A DNA stretch of 62,532 bases, counting the filler, from Sphacelaria rigidula (taxonomy: Eukaryota): NCBI GenBank assembly GCA_964200075.2. It is 11 parts of 11 records of this genome, joined end to end, with 100 filler letters (N's around TTAATTAATTAA, not from the genome) between each part and the next. Parts side by side here need not be neighbours in the genome. Positions count along the whole stretch, not along the records: positions 22,777 to 28,370 come from CAXNAA020026013.1; positions 28,471 to 34,064 come from CAXNAA020026014.1; positions 34,165 to 39,758 come from CAXNAA020026015.1; 8 more parts are not named here. One strand, written 5' to 3'. The position numbers were made by a program, and so were the translations under genes. Positions 23,505 through 37,057 of the stretch are shown one piece after another. The notes beneath the pieces are model-generated. The model ran no database searches, was not told where the DNA came from, and saw only the letters and a program-made list of their open reading frames with translations. How positions within the stretch are numbered: position 1 is the stretch's first letter; every line of letters begins with the position of its first letter.

Positions 23505-26500
23505 TGACATTGACATTGAGACAATGGGGAAAGCAGGTGCTAAGGAAGCGCAGTGACGGAGAGATCATCATACACTAAAAGAGGCAACGGATTTCCCTAC
23601 CAGCCTACCTAACTACCTACACTAACACACGCCATGACGTGAATCGTGTATGTGTTCGTGTGTGTGGGTGCGTGCGGGTGGGTGCGTGCACGTGTGTGGG
23701 CGTGTGCTGTGTGCGCGCGCGCGCTTTTTTTTCTCTTCCCTCCCTCTGTTTTTTTCTCGTCAGAAAAAAAACACCTTCCCGCTACCTCTACTACTTCCAC
23801 TACTGCTGCTACCCACCTCCCTGTCTTCATCTCGTGGTTTCTTGGAAAGAAGAAAAAAAATACGCACCGGCCCACACAGCAGCAAAGAAAAATACTTACC
23901 CAGAAGCATGGATCAAATTTCTGACACGTGGTGAACTGATTGCGGGTGCCGAAATACGGAACGTCTCTTTCTTTAGTACTCCCGGAAAATCACGTCTTCA
24001 GCAGTACACACGTACATGATGAGACGTCAACTCAAAGGCCGTAAAAACGACACCCTAATTACAAGTACAGTTACAATGAAACTGACATCTATAAACCATG
24101 CACCAAACTACAAAATATGAGAAGAGATAAGTGCCTCCGTCCCGTCGGTGTAGTAAGTCGCAAGGACCAACGTACTGTAAATAGCAGGGAACGCAACAGA
24201 GGCACAACACACCCCAAAAAAAAAGACACAGAAGAAAAATGATCGCTAATATAAAGGACAATTCCGATGAGCATAAAAACACGGAAACCAAGGAAGGAAA
24301 AAAAAAACGAAACAAAATTCAACACATCAGTCCCAGGATGTCCATGTCACCCCTCCCCCCCAACCCCCCCATCCTAATCATCCTCTCTCACCACCCGTCC
24401 ACTACTCATCGTGCGACGACCCGACAGCAGTCACCAATAAAGACGTGCATGGACAATTCGGGAAAACAAGCGTTCCCACATCACCACCATAGCCTCCGAA
24501 AGCACCTCACACACAGACACACACACACACGCACACACACTAACGCTCAGTCACACACACAGACACGCAACAAACGGCTACTCACGCGCGAGTAGCGGAC
24601 GCTTGTGCTCAAATCTGCCACCACACGTCACCGTACAGTGATCCTTCGGGACGATGGCGGGGGGAGGGGTCACGAGTCACTTGGAAATCCACCGCAAGCA
24701 GCAGATTCTATTTAAACGCTCATGATATGTATCAACATGACACACGTCCAACACGCTTCAAGCCATTTTCACCCACATGGAGGCGCATGAAGACTGTGTA
24801 ATACCAGGCAACATCCATGAACATCCATGAACCCGCTTACCTCGTGCAATAACCCCCCCCCTCCTCCCTCGTATCCCCATCACATCACTCCGCAGCAGAA
24901 AACAAAAAGCAAGGGAAAAAAAAAAAGAACAAAACGGGTCATCATTTTCAATACAACTCATCGAATTATTTCCATTTTTTCTCCCTCAAACATGATTGTT
25001 TCATCAACCAATCAACCAATCAACCACTTCATCAACCAATCTACTCACCTATATCAACCGACAAAACGATCCGAGAGATGAAAAAGGAGAAGAAGAAAAA
25101 AAAAAACAGCGGCAGTACACAATAAAAGGTTGTGTGGCTTGAATGTATCTTTTGTAAAGTCGTACTCCTACGAGCTGTCAAAACCGCAGGGTGACGCAAC
25201 AAACGTGCCCGTTTCCGTGTTATCCCATTCCAACACGCATTGCTCGAGAGAGATGCCAGGGACGTGGGACGCGGCGTGTGTCAATTAAGGACCATCACTG
25301 AACAGATGAGCGGGTCGAAATTAACCCATACAGCATCACTTTACGCGGGCACAAGAACCGAAAAAAAAAGGGTAGCTGGACCCCAAGGGCGAAACGCTTA
25401 GAATGAAATTGGCCGAGTTCTGTCATGTGTAGGCCATGACAACAACAAATAGAAACAAGAAACAGCAGCAAAATAAAAACATGACACACGCACGGACAAA
25501 AACCATCCTCGATCCACGTGTGACGGGAAAAAAAAAAAGCAGCGGCAAGCACGAATTGCAAGGCGAGAAGAAAAAAAAAAAATGCGATACAAATCCAAGT
25601 ACTTTGGGGCCCCCAAATTGTGGTGGGTCGCCCGCTGACGTCCACCTTGCTGTATGGATGCGCTACTGAGGAATATCGGATGTGAGGGCTACCCCCCTCC
25701 CCAAGGGAAAGGAGAAGCAATAATACATCGATGTGCAAAGTGACAACGAAGACACACTTTCTCTCGACAACGACTAACGCTTCCGAGCGTGCCACGATCT
25801 ATATGCATCAGATCAACGAGAGAGTAAAAAGAGACGAGATAGACCCAACAACGAGCAAAGCAAGGCACGCACAACAGCAGAGGCGGGGAAACGATATACA
25901 GAGACACCCAAGCAGTCTATCGGTATCAAACAGCTACCAGACGTGGAAGCGATGGGATCACCGCCTGAACACACAGCATAGAACATGGAAAATAACCGAC
26001 TAGTACGCGGTACAGTTTCGAGGACGCAGTTGTCGTCATCATCAAGCAGAATGGAAAATGGTGTATAGTTTTTGCATCGACTCATATAAGAGCATCTGAC
26101 AACGATAGATGAAAATTTCGAAACAAGAACAAGAAAAAAGTTGATACATAAGAACCGACAGCAGTCTCAAAAAAAAAATCAAGAGAGAGAGAAAAGGATC
26201 GGAAGTCAAACCCTCCACAGAAAAAAAAAAAACTCTGATGCAACACAGCAAATCAGAACAGTATTCCCTTATAGGTTGGCCGACCATCCCTCGTCGCTTC
26301 AAGAGGATGACCCTTTCACACAAAAGGGTGCCACTACTGTACTGCACTACTTCTACTACTCCTACTACAACAACGAACACCAGTATTACGCAAGACCAAC
26401 CCGTTCCAAAACAACTCGAAAACAAGAAGAAAAAACAGAGCGCATGGAGAAAGAAGTCTTGGCAAGCAGCATATCAAACACAGACCAACAAGGAAGAAAA

Positions 26501-29312
26501 AAACGAATCAAACACGCACATGCCCACACTAGCAATGAAACGATGACTCCAAAACACGACACAGAAAGAGAGAGAACTGAAGCCGGTTGAAAGATTCGTC
26601 TACAAACATGAACATATGTATGGGAGTATAGTTCTACACGATAAGGGTTACAAACTCGCTGCGAGAGCGTTGAAATATTTGTCGCGCACCCATGCAACAG
26701 CACACAGTTATCCTGCATGCTTCCTCGTTTGCCAGAGGTTTCTATCTCTTGTCTAATGATCGAACCACCGGGCTCCATCGACTACTCGTGGTTTGGACCT
26801 CATCTCAGGATAAACGTCCGCGCTACAGTGCACACACCGTCACGTACAGCATTGAGCACTACAGTACAGCGAGCAGCCATCACGGCTAGAAGAGGGGGGA
26901 AAGTCACCAAGAGAAGAAGAAAAATCCCATCCTCAGAATCAGACTCCGCAGCAGCCCTCAAAACCCCAACAGTCGGGATCTACCAGCTGTCACAGGGTCG
27001 TGATAGTTTACCTGCACCAGCGTTCAAAGCTGAAGACATTCATAGGCCTACATCTTCCCCCCCCTCCGCCCCCCTTTCTTCCCCATTAGACTGCTTCGAC
27101 ATGAGAAAAGCAGGAACTATATCGCCGGCTGACCCTCCAACAGCGGAAACCCCGACGCCATGGCCTAGCAGCTCATTTATGTTGTGAGCAACACCACCCC
27201 CAATGACCAGCATACACTGTAATAATCCATGGTCCCAATCGTCTGACTAGTATAATATTGTTTTTATCACCAAAATTTTATATTTCTTTTCCACACTTTT
27301 TTTCACACATTCCCGGCGGTCGAGCAAAAGCCGTCCTGAGGCATATCGCACTTAACGGGGGGGGGGGGGGGGGGGGTGACGCTCGGGCACGAGCCCAAGC
27401 TACGGCTATGGAGGATGACAGTGGTCCTAGCGAGGGTTGACCTCAAACAAAACCCAGCCCAAATATCTGGGATGGCAAAATGTTTTCGCCGCGGTGGGGA
27501 GGCAAGCAAACCGTTTCCTTGCGCGACATGTCGAAACTAATTTTAAAACAAAAAGAGAAAAAAAAATCTTCTCAAAATCGCGTAACTTAAACCAACAATA
27601 GCAAAAAAAGACGCTGACTTAAGAAAAAAAATAATGATCGTAACACCTACAAAACGGCAACACCCGCAGAGCGATTGGAAGAAAAGAAGCGAGAAAAAAT
27701 CCCACCCCCCCCCACCCCCTCCCACCCCCCCCGCCCCACAGCTCATCAAAATGCTAGTCCGCGGGCTTTCCCAAGCTCTCTCTACTAATTGGTGGTCACC
27801 ACCCGCCAACTTCGGTCGACAGCCATAGTCATACGTCTTGCCGTACGTCACCCCTCTGTGGGCTACCGGGGACGCGCGGCGACCTCGCACCTCTGCTAGG
27901 CTTGTCTCCCCTCCGCACCACGTGGAACTCCCCGTTTTCGCCCTCTTCAAGGGTATACCCCCCCTATTAATAAGGCGTGGGTACCACCAAAACAGACGAG
28001 GAAAACAGCGGCGGCCGGGAGCGCATACGAGTTGAATCAGCTTTTCACGTGGCAAGTTTGGGATGTGTACTCGAAGGTCAACATGTTATTTTCCATTCTT
28101 GGGGCATAAGAAAAGAATTGGAAAAACAGAGCCATGAGAGACGGTACGAGTGATGCTGCCTGCGCGAGCCCCACCCAGATATATGGTTGGTTCGACAAGG
28201 CAAAATCTACATGTAGACAAAAATGACAAACGCCGAGCACACCGAACAGCTGGAAACTCCAATGCTTGGGATCGCTTTAGCCAATGTTGCCCATATGGGG
28301 GGGTGTACTCATGATCATGCATGCCATAGTCATCAGACCATTGACCTCGCATCCCTACAAAGCCGGGACGNNNNNNNNNNNNNNNNNNNNNNNNNNNNNN
28401 NNNNNNNNNNNNNNTTAATTAATTAANNNNNNNNNNNNNNNNNNNNNNNNNNNNNNNNNNNNNNNNNNNNATCCTCCGGGTTCTCATCCTAAATCAAAAG
28501 CACCATCCTCAACATAGATGCTTGGCTGTTAATACGAGAGAGGGGTCGACAACGAGCGTCACGGAACCGGATGAATGGTACGGCGGAGTGGAGGAACGGA
28601 TGGAAGGGTTCATGGCGAAGGGCACAGACGAGAACGAGGAGAATCAATGAAGAAATGTCACACATCGCACGGGATCCTGAAAACTGGGAACGAGGAACTT
28701 CGGTAGGAGCGAAGTCGCGTCAAATTACAGAAAATATTGGCCGACAGTACGGTCGAATATTGGCTAAGAGTACCGGTCAAACGTATATCTTTCGGTCCCC
28801 CTGAGGGTGAAATCGCTGAGGTCAGAGGCAGGCTCGCTATTTTTTATACAAGTGCCGGACACGCCCCGGCCTTTGTTGCGTTGTTGCGAGGTAGAGACAA
28901 CACGACTCGACATCACCAGGACTGGAACGGGCACACAGCTGAGGGTTTGAGGAGGGCCAAAGCAGACCAAACCGCGTCAAATCCGTGAAACGTGTACAGG
29001 ATGATGAAAATAATCGTCTCTGTGGTGGATGGTGGTTGAAAAAACACGAGGAAGCAGCAGCACGCAGCCATGCAGGCCATGGCGATCCGAGGTGTGACGG
29101 CAATTGATTTCAACTTATTCTGTGAAGGACATACACAAGCACCCCCCTGCCCACACAGCAGCAGTGTAGTGCGGTGTACAGAGTACATTGTCGAACAGCG
29201 TATCCACGCTACCAGTCTGTAACGTTGAATATATGCTTTTACATCAAAATGTATGGGCTGATTCAACATAAACGTAGATATCTTTGTCGCTACTACGTGT
29301 GTCCGTACGGTA

Positions 29313-29419
29313 TGTGACGGTTTAAGAGACAACCAACTAGACTACTGACCAGTCAGCGCTGACTGGTGGTCAGCGCTGACTGGTCAGTAGTCTAGTTGGT
29401 TGTCTCTTAAACCGTCACA
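29313..29419. repeat. Perfect 51-bp inverted repeat with a 5-nt spacer and two internal 12-nt palindromes
   Basis: 29313-29363 is the exact reverse complement of 29369-29419; GTCAGCGCTGAC occurs twice at the centre. Confidence 0.97.
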
Positions 29420-29822
29420 AACGTTAGTCGCTGGTTCGATTCCCGTCGAACGCACTTTCTTTGAAGAAAAAAGAGGAGAGAAAACCTCTGTTAAAAGTTG
29501 GCCCCAATGAGATTAAACCTCAGAAACAAATTGGCCCAAAGAGAAAAGGGTGGGGTATAGCCTGGTGCGCACAGCTGCTGCAGCACAGGAAGTATGTTTG
29601 GAGTTGACTGCTACGGACCCCAGTGCACACACTCTGGAAATGAGTCGGGGAGACGAGGAACTCAAGGTTACGGTGAGAAGTGACAACACTAGAGGTCCTG
29701 ATGGCAGTCGATAGAGCGCTGGCAAGGGGAGTCGCCCTCCTCGGAGTGAAAGTGACGGGGATCAAACCCCCACGACTAACCTTTGTGACGGTTTAAAGAG
29801 ATAACCAACTAGACTACTGAGC
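29384..29822. other. Two convergent tRNA-like (A box/B box) heads forming about 65-bp imperfect inverted repeats
   Basis: Plus strand: TAGTCTAGTTGG (29388-29399) and GGTTCGATTCC (29433-29443). The minus strand from 29820 has the same head with GGTTTGATCCC. Confidence 0.65.
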
Positions 29823-30715
29823 GACGGAAAGCATGGGTTCTTTGCGGTTGCGACCCTTCAAGGAATAATTACGCTCATCAAAATAAAGGGGAACCGGGTA
29901 CCGTAGTTTTTGCGGAACTCGGTAGGGTGGTTAGCCGGGCACTTGAGCAGTTGGGGGGTGCTTGAGTGTGTAGCTCCGAATTTTGTGTTCTCCGATGAAC
30001 GGTCGCAGCAGCAGTGTCTACCGTACCAGAAGATATTTCGGCTCCTGATGCTTGAGAAACGGCACTACATGACTTCCTCTCCTTTGAAGGGAGGGGATTC
30101 GATTGAATATGATTAGTACCTGATAAATGTAAAACTGGGTGATCAAATCCAGGGTTAAAACGTTGGGTTTGGTCACTGCTCAATTGATAGCCATCCAACG
30201 GTGCACGGGCTTCGACTGTCTTGGAACCCTTCAAGGCAGTGTTAGCATATCCAGGGAGCCCACACCACATGGTTGAACCCGCGGTGGCCACCGCTGATTC
30301 GTGCGTGTGATGTGTGTGACCTGGCCGAGCGAAATAAAAACGGCTGACATGAAATTGTTGGATACTTCTGCAGTGAATTACCGGTCATTGTTCATGTCTA
30401 ATTGTAGGATTGGACCAACCAATAAGAAACGAATTACAGAAGTAGAAAATGAACAGGCAGGTGGCGGGGCTTAGGTTTTGGGCTAAGCAACGCGTCCTGG
30501 GTTACCCCACTGTGTGCTATTTTGGATCTTCGGAACTTGTAGAGCGTTCTCAAAAGGTTGTCAAGTTGTGAGGTGAGCACCAGGGCTGTGTGGGTACCGC
30601 CCTGGCGGAGTTCAGCCGTGGCACTAGGTCCACTCATGTGAAACGTCTACCGTTTTGTGAATGGGCCGGTGCATGTGACTGAAAGTGTGCCAGGTCAGGT
30701 GGGTCAGGCGGTGAA

Positions 30716-31279
30716 TCAGTTGTCGCTTCTGGGGCGGAGCAGGCGACCGTACGAACGCAGTTGTGATTGCCAGACTTGCCAACATAGTCCAAAATGACGC
30801 GAAGCTTCCAAGTATCTTTTTGTCAACAGCTTATATTCTTTTTCCGCAATTTCCAGAGTTTTCGTGGATTCGCGTATCGCGCGTTCTAGTTCATCCTGTT
30901 CCGTTGGCTTCTTCTCGGGGTGGACATCTACATTATGGGAGGCCTGATCGGGCTCCTGGACACTTGTAGATACCTGTAGGTGGACAAATTCCAACTCTCT
31001 GTGCTCGAGTTCCATGTGGTGTGCTAGATCGTTCCTGCGGATCTGATCCCAGCACGCTGTTTGTTCAGCCACTGAGAAGTTGTACCAATGGTGCGGTGGA
31101 ATGAAGGCTGGACGCTTTTGGTCGTGTGTTTCGTCATTCGTGGGCAGGTATTGTTCCAATGTGGGCGACGTATCAAAAGCCAGAGTGGGGCGATCAGGGG
31201 ATTCAGCACCGGTTCGGGTGCGGAGGTTATCATCAGGAGAGGTCTTCGTAGCATCAGGGCTCACGTGGAGAGATGCCAT
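30716..31279 (-). other. 187-aa ORF of unknown function, possibly a retroelement ORF1/gag remnant
   Basis: ATG start, intronless, with a charged helical C-terminal part (EQDELERAIRESTKTLEIAEKEYKLL). No motif was recognised. Confidence 0.3.
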
Positions 31280-34200
31280 CTGAGAAGGAAGAGCGGGGAT
31301 ACTGTCAGCGTTTTGGGTGCATGTAGCGGTCTATCACCTTCCAATCAGGTGCAGACGAAAGGGAAAAAGAACGTCAAAGGCACACAACAAACCGCATGTG
31401 TGTGTGTTGATTGTAACAGCAAAGAGACAAGAAGAAAACGAAGGTTGTCACCAGTAACAGACATATAGTAGTGACTGTTATCAACGCAACAGCGCATTGG
31501 ACAAACCTGCATGCCATGAAGGGATAAACGTGTGGGACGCAGCGAACCGCAACGTCAAACCGCTCAGTTTTGTTGTGAGAACATGTTGAAGTTTAGAGAA
31601 AAAAACACAACTGTCGGATGCCGTATCGTATTTCCAGAGGCAATATCAGCGCAGCTGGCGATACTCATATAACAGCACTGCCTAGTTCACTGAAAATAGC
31701 CGAGTTGGGGTCTCGATTACGTATCATTGTGCAGGTAGACAGTTAATAAATGTACAAGCACAACTGTAATACAAAAGTGCAGGGCAGTACAGACAGCGAC
31801 GTACGAAGCACCAGACAGTAAAATGCACGGTGGCACACTACAGTACATATGATCTTTGCGTGGGGTAGCGGAGGGTCGGGTCAATGGTGCTGTACCGACG
31901 TCAATTCGTTCGTATTACACGAAGAACACGAAGAACACCCGACACCCGCTATATCCGCGCCGTGTTCATATCTACAATGCAATACAGATGATTTCGTTCA
32001 GATAGTGCAGAAGAACCAACGTATGTACACCACGGTACCTCGCCGCCCGCAACATATTGCCCGCCGAGACCATTTGGAACTCAGATGGTACTGTACTACT
32101 GTGGTCAGTACTTCAATTCGGAACAATATTTCAACGCGAAAGGTACGCGGCCTCCTGGACGATCAGACATGTACTGTAGTGCGTGTTGGTGGGGCGCCAA
32201 TCAAACTTTAGTGTGTCCTGGTGACGTGTGAAAGCGAAAAGAGTACAGAGTCGAGAGCTTGTGTACAAGTAAGATGAGCCTCACGCCTCGCCGTGTTCAA
32301 TCATGCTCGTGTACAGACAACATTCTCAACCCGGGTTCATCATGTCGCATCGATATAATTCGGTGCGCATGGTGGCTCAACGTTCCGTGTTTGGGCAAGA
32401 AAAGTCGTATGTACAGCGGGCGGCGATTGAAATAGCCCGCGGACTCCCTACCTGCAAGCATGAATCGGCGTGGGGTGGGACACATTTCGATCGATTCGGT
32501 TGATACAGAATCGACGGACTGTGAGCAGGGGCGCTTGCGGGGGCAAGTAGTCGGGGGGGCGTTGACAAAGCTACGGGTCCGTGAGGGGCGTATCTAAACA
32601 AGGAACGTGTGAGCGGCTTCATGATCCGAGAACGGCCCGTGGGTGAAAAAGGACACGGCAGTTCAGATCGAGTGTGCATGAAAACGCCATGCGTTCTCTG
32701 TGCAGTGTATAACGTTACCAGAGAGAGCGCATCCGCTACAGTGGGTTGGCTTGTACCGTCGATATGATCTGCAGGTTGCGGGGAATATGCTTGTGCAGCA
32801 AAAGAGGGCTTGCGTGTGCGCTCGTACCTGAAGCGCCTCATGGTTCGGTCGCCACTGCCTGAAACCAACGTGGGTACTGTATGACACATGGAATCCTTGA
32901 AGCTAACTCGAGTCGGGATGTCTGTTAAACTCCGAGTAAAAGAGAAAACAGCAGCCCAAGAAGCTGTCTAATTACCCGCGTGTGTTACATCGATAATCGT
33001 GTACACAAATATCAAGTGAAATGAAGTACTGAAATTACAAGGGCTTGAAAAACAAACAAACAGACGTAAGCTTGTGGTTGGCTGATGCGTGTACAGCAGC
33101 AGCCGACCGAGAGAAAAAACAGTACAGGTCGAGGTCACAAGCTACCTCTGAACCCCACAATGTGGCGGTATGGGCAATACCGCAAGCAGTAAAACCGTAT
33201 ACACCGGACGCAAGCAAGCCACACCCTTGTGAGGTGTCAACAAGCGGTCCTGGATTGACTTGCTACACTCAAACTGCTGTTTCAATCTCTCAATACAATA
33301 GCCCAGCTGTCAAAGGGGAAAACCACACAGCCCCGAAGCCAGAATACAATATCAATTCGTTTATGAGGGTGATCGTACAGCACTGCTAAGACTCACGTCA
33401 AAGCTGTGGGCTCGCGACACTGAAGACAGGAGATCGATGGGTAGATGACGAGTAAAAGCTCTTCTTTATATCCGATGAGGCCTGAAGACTGTGATCGGAG
33501 TGTCGAGCGACCTCGGTAGGCGAGTTACAACAGCTGGGGAAAGCTATTTTGTCAGTACGTCCTCCTGCCCCGCTTACAACCTCGTCATAATACAAAATCA
33601 CCGTGACGCGCCGTACCTTTAGCTAATCAAGGCTGTAGTAGCGGCAGGTACACGTGGCTAATCGGGTACAATCCATTTCCAACATCAACGCTTCAACAAT
33701 AAAAGAATCAAAATCCTGCATTACACAGCATGTATTCGACTAGAATCTTTCCATACCCACCGGTCGTTTCTGAGGACCCATCTGCGGATCTCAAAGAACG
33801 AGTTTAATTCAGGCACGCAGTCATTTACCATCACACTTGTGGTCGGGCACCTGGATGGTCAAATGTGTCATGTCGGGTGAAATCAACGATGAATAACCTC
33901 CCCCGAGTTCAAATTGGATCTGTTATCTTTGCCGCAACGCACCGTCCTTGCTGACATGTGTGTGACAGAGAACAGTAGTAGCGGTGACGGGAACATTACC
34001 CTATTTTTCAACGACATGTTTTTCGGCGCACAGAAGCGCGTCCTGTCCAAATGAGAGGCAGAGANNNNNNNNNNNNNNNNNNNNNNNNNNNNNNNNNNNN
34101 NNNNNNNNTTAATTAATTAANNNNNNNNNNNNNNNNNNNNNNNNNNNNNNNNNNNNNNNNNNNNCCCTTTCGGGCAATCAGGCAGAAGAAATCGTTAATT

Positions 34201-34850
34201 TGGTGATTTTGAGTCGTGATGATTTGTCCTAACAGTTATTATGTTTATCTGTTCACTTAGAAGTCTCACTTGCTCTTCCATGGTCGTGGGGTGCTGATAC
34301 TCTTACATATTGAAACCTAGTTAAATTGTCAACCTTGCTCAACCTTTACTCGAACCTGAAAACCTTCACACCTCTCTCTCAAAAACTCTTTGACTCAAAC
34401 TCTGCTCTTGCTCGAACTCTCTCCAATCTCAAACCCTTCTGCAACGGCGGTAAATCTCTTCCGCTAGCGCAGTAAACCGCTCTGATGCGGGGGTAAGCAT
34501 CCACACAACTCAAGTGCGTGAAGAGCAGTCAGTAGCCCGGTTCAGGTAGATCACAATATTACTGTATATACTGTTTCGATTATCTCGTTGTCACACTCTG
34601 GTTATTCAGCCAATTTACCTCAACCACTCACACTCTGTTATATTGTTTGTACTCGCATAACCTATGTCATCAGACATTATTCCTCTGATTAGTTACCTAA
34701 TCCCCCGCGATCGCGACACATGGTTGATACTACTTGTGCCGCATTATGTCCTACATCAATCTTGTTCATGACAGAGCGTGAGCATATTCAATTAGACGAG
34801 TCCGAACACTCCAGGGAACAATCCATCGCTTTCCCGACATCTACTGTGTA

Positions 34851-35071
34851 ATGCGTCAGAGGACCGCGTACTTAGGGGACCGCATAGGAGTTCGAAACAC
34901 CTCAGGGTCGACGTTTTTCGAAACAAATCGGGCCAGTCCCTGCAGGGACCACGTTCCTGACCCTAACTGCAGCCCTAGCCCCAACCCTAACCCTAACCCT
35001 AACCCTAACCCTAACCATGTGGATGTTCAAACTCCGATGCGGTCTTCTAAGCACGCGGTCCTCTCACGCAT
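34851..35071. mobile_element. MITE with about 50-bp TIRs carrying internal (CCCTAA)n telomeric repeats
   Basis: ATGCGTCAGAGGACCGCGTACTTAGGGGACCGCAT.GGAGTT versus AACTCC.ATGCGGTCTTCTAAGCACGCGGTCCTCTCACGCAT; five perfect CCCTAA units plus variants at about 34960-35016. Confidence 0.85.
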
Positions 35072-37057
35072 GACATACTGTACCTCACATTTTGGTATCG
35101 CGGATTCGGTCAGCACTAGCGCACCCCGTCCACGCGCCTCGAGCATTCCACTTGCTACTCATATCTTCACCTTTTTGTCAAGACGGGAAACAAACTCTCC
35201 TCGAAATATCGTATCTTTATTTCTTATTTTATTTTTTTTCTTTATTTTGGTAATGTGTCTGGTAAGGAATAGCAGGGACGGTATTGGAAAGACGAGCCTA
35301 CGTCTGTGGCCACGGGTTCGCGAGATCGGACTAATGTGCGGGAATAATAATAATAATAATAGAATGTCAGGGTTCAACCCGCAACCTTCCGCCCTTACTG
35401 GCCGCTCTGGTGAATTTTAATTCATATCACCGGGTGGTGGCGACAGACCCGTGTGCGCGTGGTAGACACTAGACACTAGACAGCTATCCAACCTCTACTA
35501 TTCTTCAAGACTGCCCTTGGCTTAGGAAAAACGACTCCCTAACAGCTCTCAATACCTCTGGAACTCCCCTTTGCAGCTGTGTATCGAATGCGGGGTTGGG
35601 GGAGCGGAGTTTGTACCCCTATACGTTTTGGTGAATGGTACGCACATCAAACGCGTTTCTCAATGGGTCGCACACATACGCGCAGAAATACCTGGGCCCC
35701 CTCGAAACCATACGCACAATGTTCCTGTTCATGCGCGTTAGCTGCGAGCCTAGCTCCTTCTCAGTGAAGTGGATTCACGGTATGTTTCGGTGGACGTCGA
35801 TCCAGCTGTTAGGCCGTCCAGCCTTTCAGGAGTTTCGGGAAGTCATCTCGGCGCTAATATTTACCGTCTTTCGGACGTGAGCGACCAAATACACCAAACA
35901 AACCATTTTTTTTTTTTGTGTTTCACCTACTACATTTTGATGCAGCGCTGCCCGTCGAGCTCAAGCTCGCACGAAACGTTGAGATATGACATCTCACAGA
36001 GTTTTCGAGTTCCCGGAACAAGGGGATCTTTCCCAACAATGAGAAAACCAGCCAGCTCCGATTCGCAGCATCCGCCCCTCTGTGATTGATGTTCCCGCGT
36101 GCGCTATGACTATCGGTGCTGAGTGAGTGGGGTTCGACACGATTTTGGTGAGAAGATATGGCAGCGAGTGGGGTGGGACCGCCCACAGGTTCGCCAAGAT
36201 ACGGACGGTGATAATTTTTTAATAATTGCTTACGATTAACGAGAATATCCTTGGAAACAAGTTTCCGTCACTGAATACACTGGTGCAACCTCCAGGAAAG
36301 GTCACCTTAAACGGTGGGGGGGGGGGGGGGTTGAGAAAAAACCCCCCGCGGTTTTTTTTTTGCTTGAAAAAAAGGGAAAACTGCAATTCTTGTACAACCG
36401 GTTGTGGGGGGAANNNNNNNNNNGAGAGTTCACCCACTAACAGAGGCGGGCGGCACACGCGGGGGGGAAGGCGCGGGGGGGGGGGGGGGGGGGGGGGGGG
36501 TTGAGATAACATCACTCGCGTTTCTTTTTTCGCTTGAAAACATGGAAAATCGTCAATTCTATGACAACCGGTTGTGGGCGTACGTTGTACATTATTGCAT
36601 TTTCCATCGCAGGGATGTCATGCCACCAGCGCACGCGCCCGATATCATTATGAACATTCCCTTAAAAAGCAAAAACGTGTACCTGCAGTCCAGTCGTTGT
36701 GCGTGCAATATCCCATTTGCCCTTACCTCAAACGTGCATCGAGTAAGCAGCCGTGGTGAATGCTTAGGGTGCCTACTTTCCAAATACGTCTGAAGGTGGA
36801 AAATATCGCTGCGATGGAAGGAAAGCAGTGGTGCTATTTTTCGAGGAGAAATCTGTAGAAAATGGGGGATGCTCATCGAAGATGCGCAACAGTGAAGTAT
36901 GACCTTAGAACGGGCCTGAGATCAGAAAGACTTTTGGTCACGATCGACTGAGGTACGCTCGAAGAAGCACGACTGTGGCTGTGACTCAGGTAGGCATCGA
37001 TATTTTTCTAAATGTAGGAGAGCCATATTGCTCTGTCGAGCTGGAAGAGACAATAAG

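Noticed and set aside
28540..28680. Possible RTE LINE C-terminal scrap (EPDEWYGGVEERMEGFMAK)
   Set aside because: It is too short and degenerate to support without a database search.
34482..34525. Hammerhead ribozyme or SECIS element
   Set aside because: The sequence has CTGATGC rather than CTGANGA, no GAAA core and no proper SECIS stem; it is kept only as an unexplained conserved motif.
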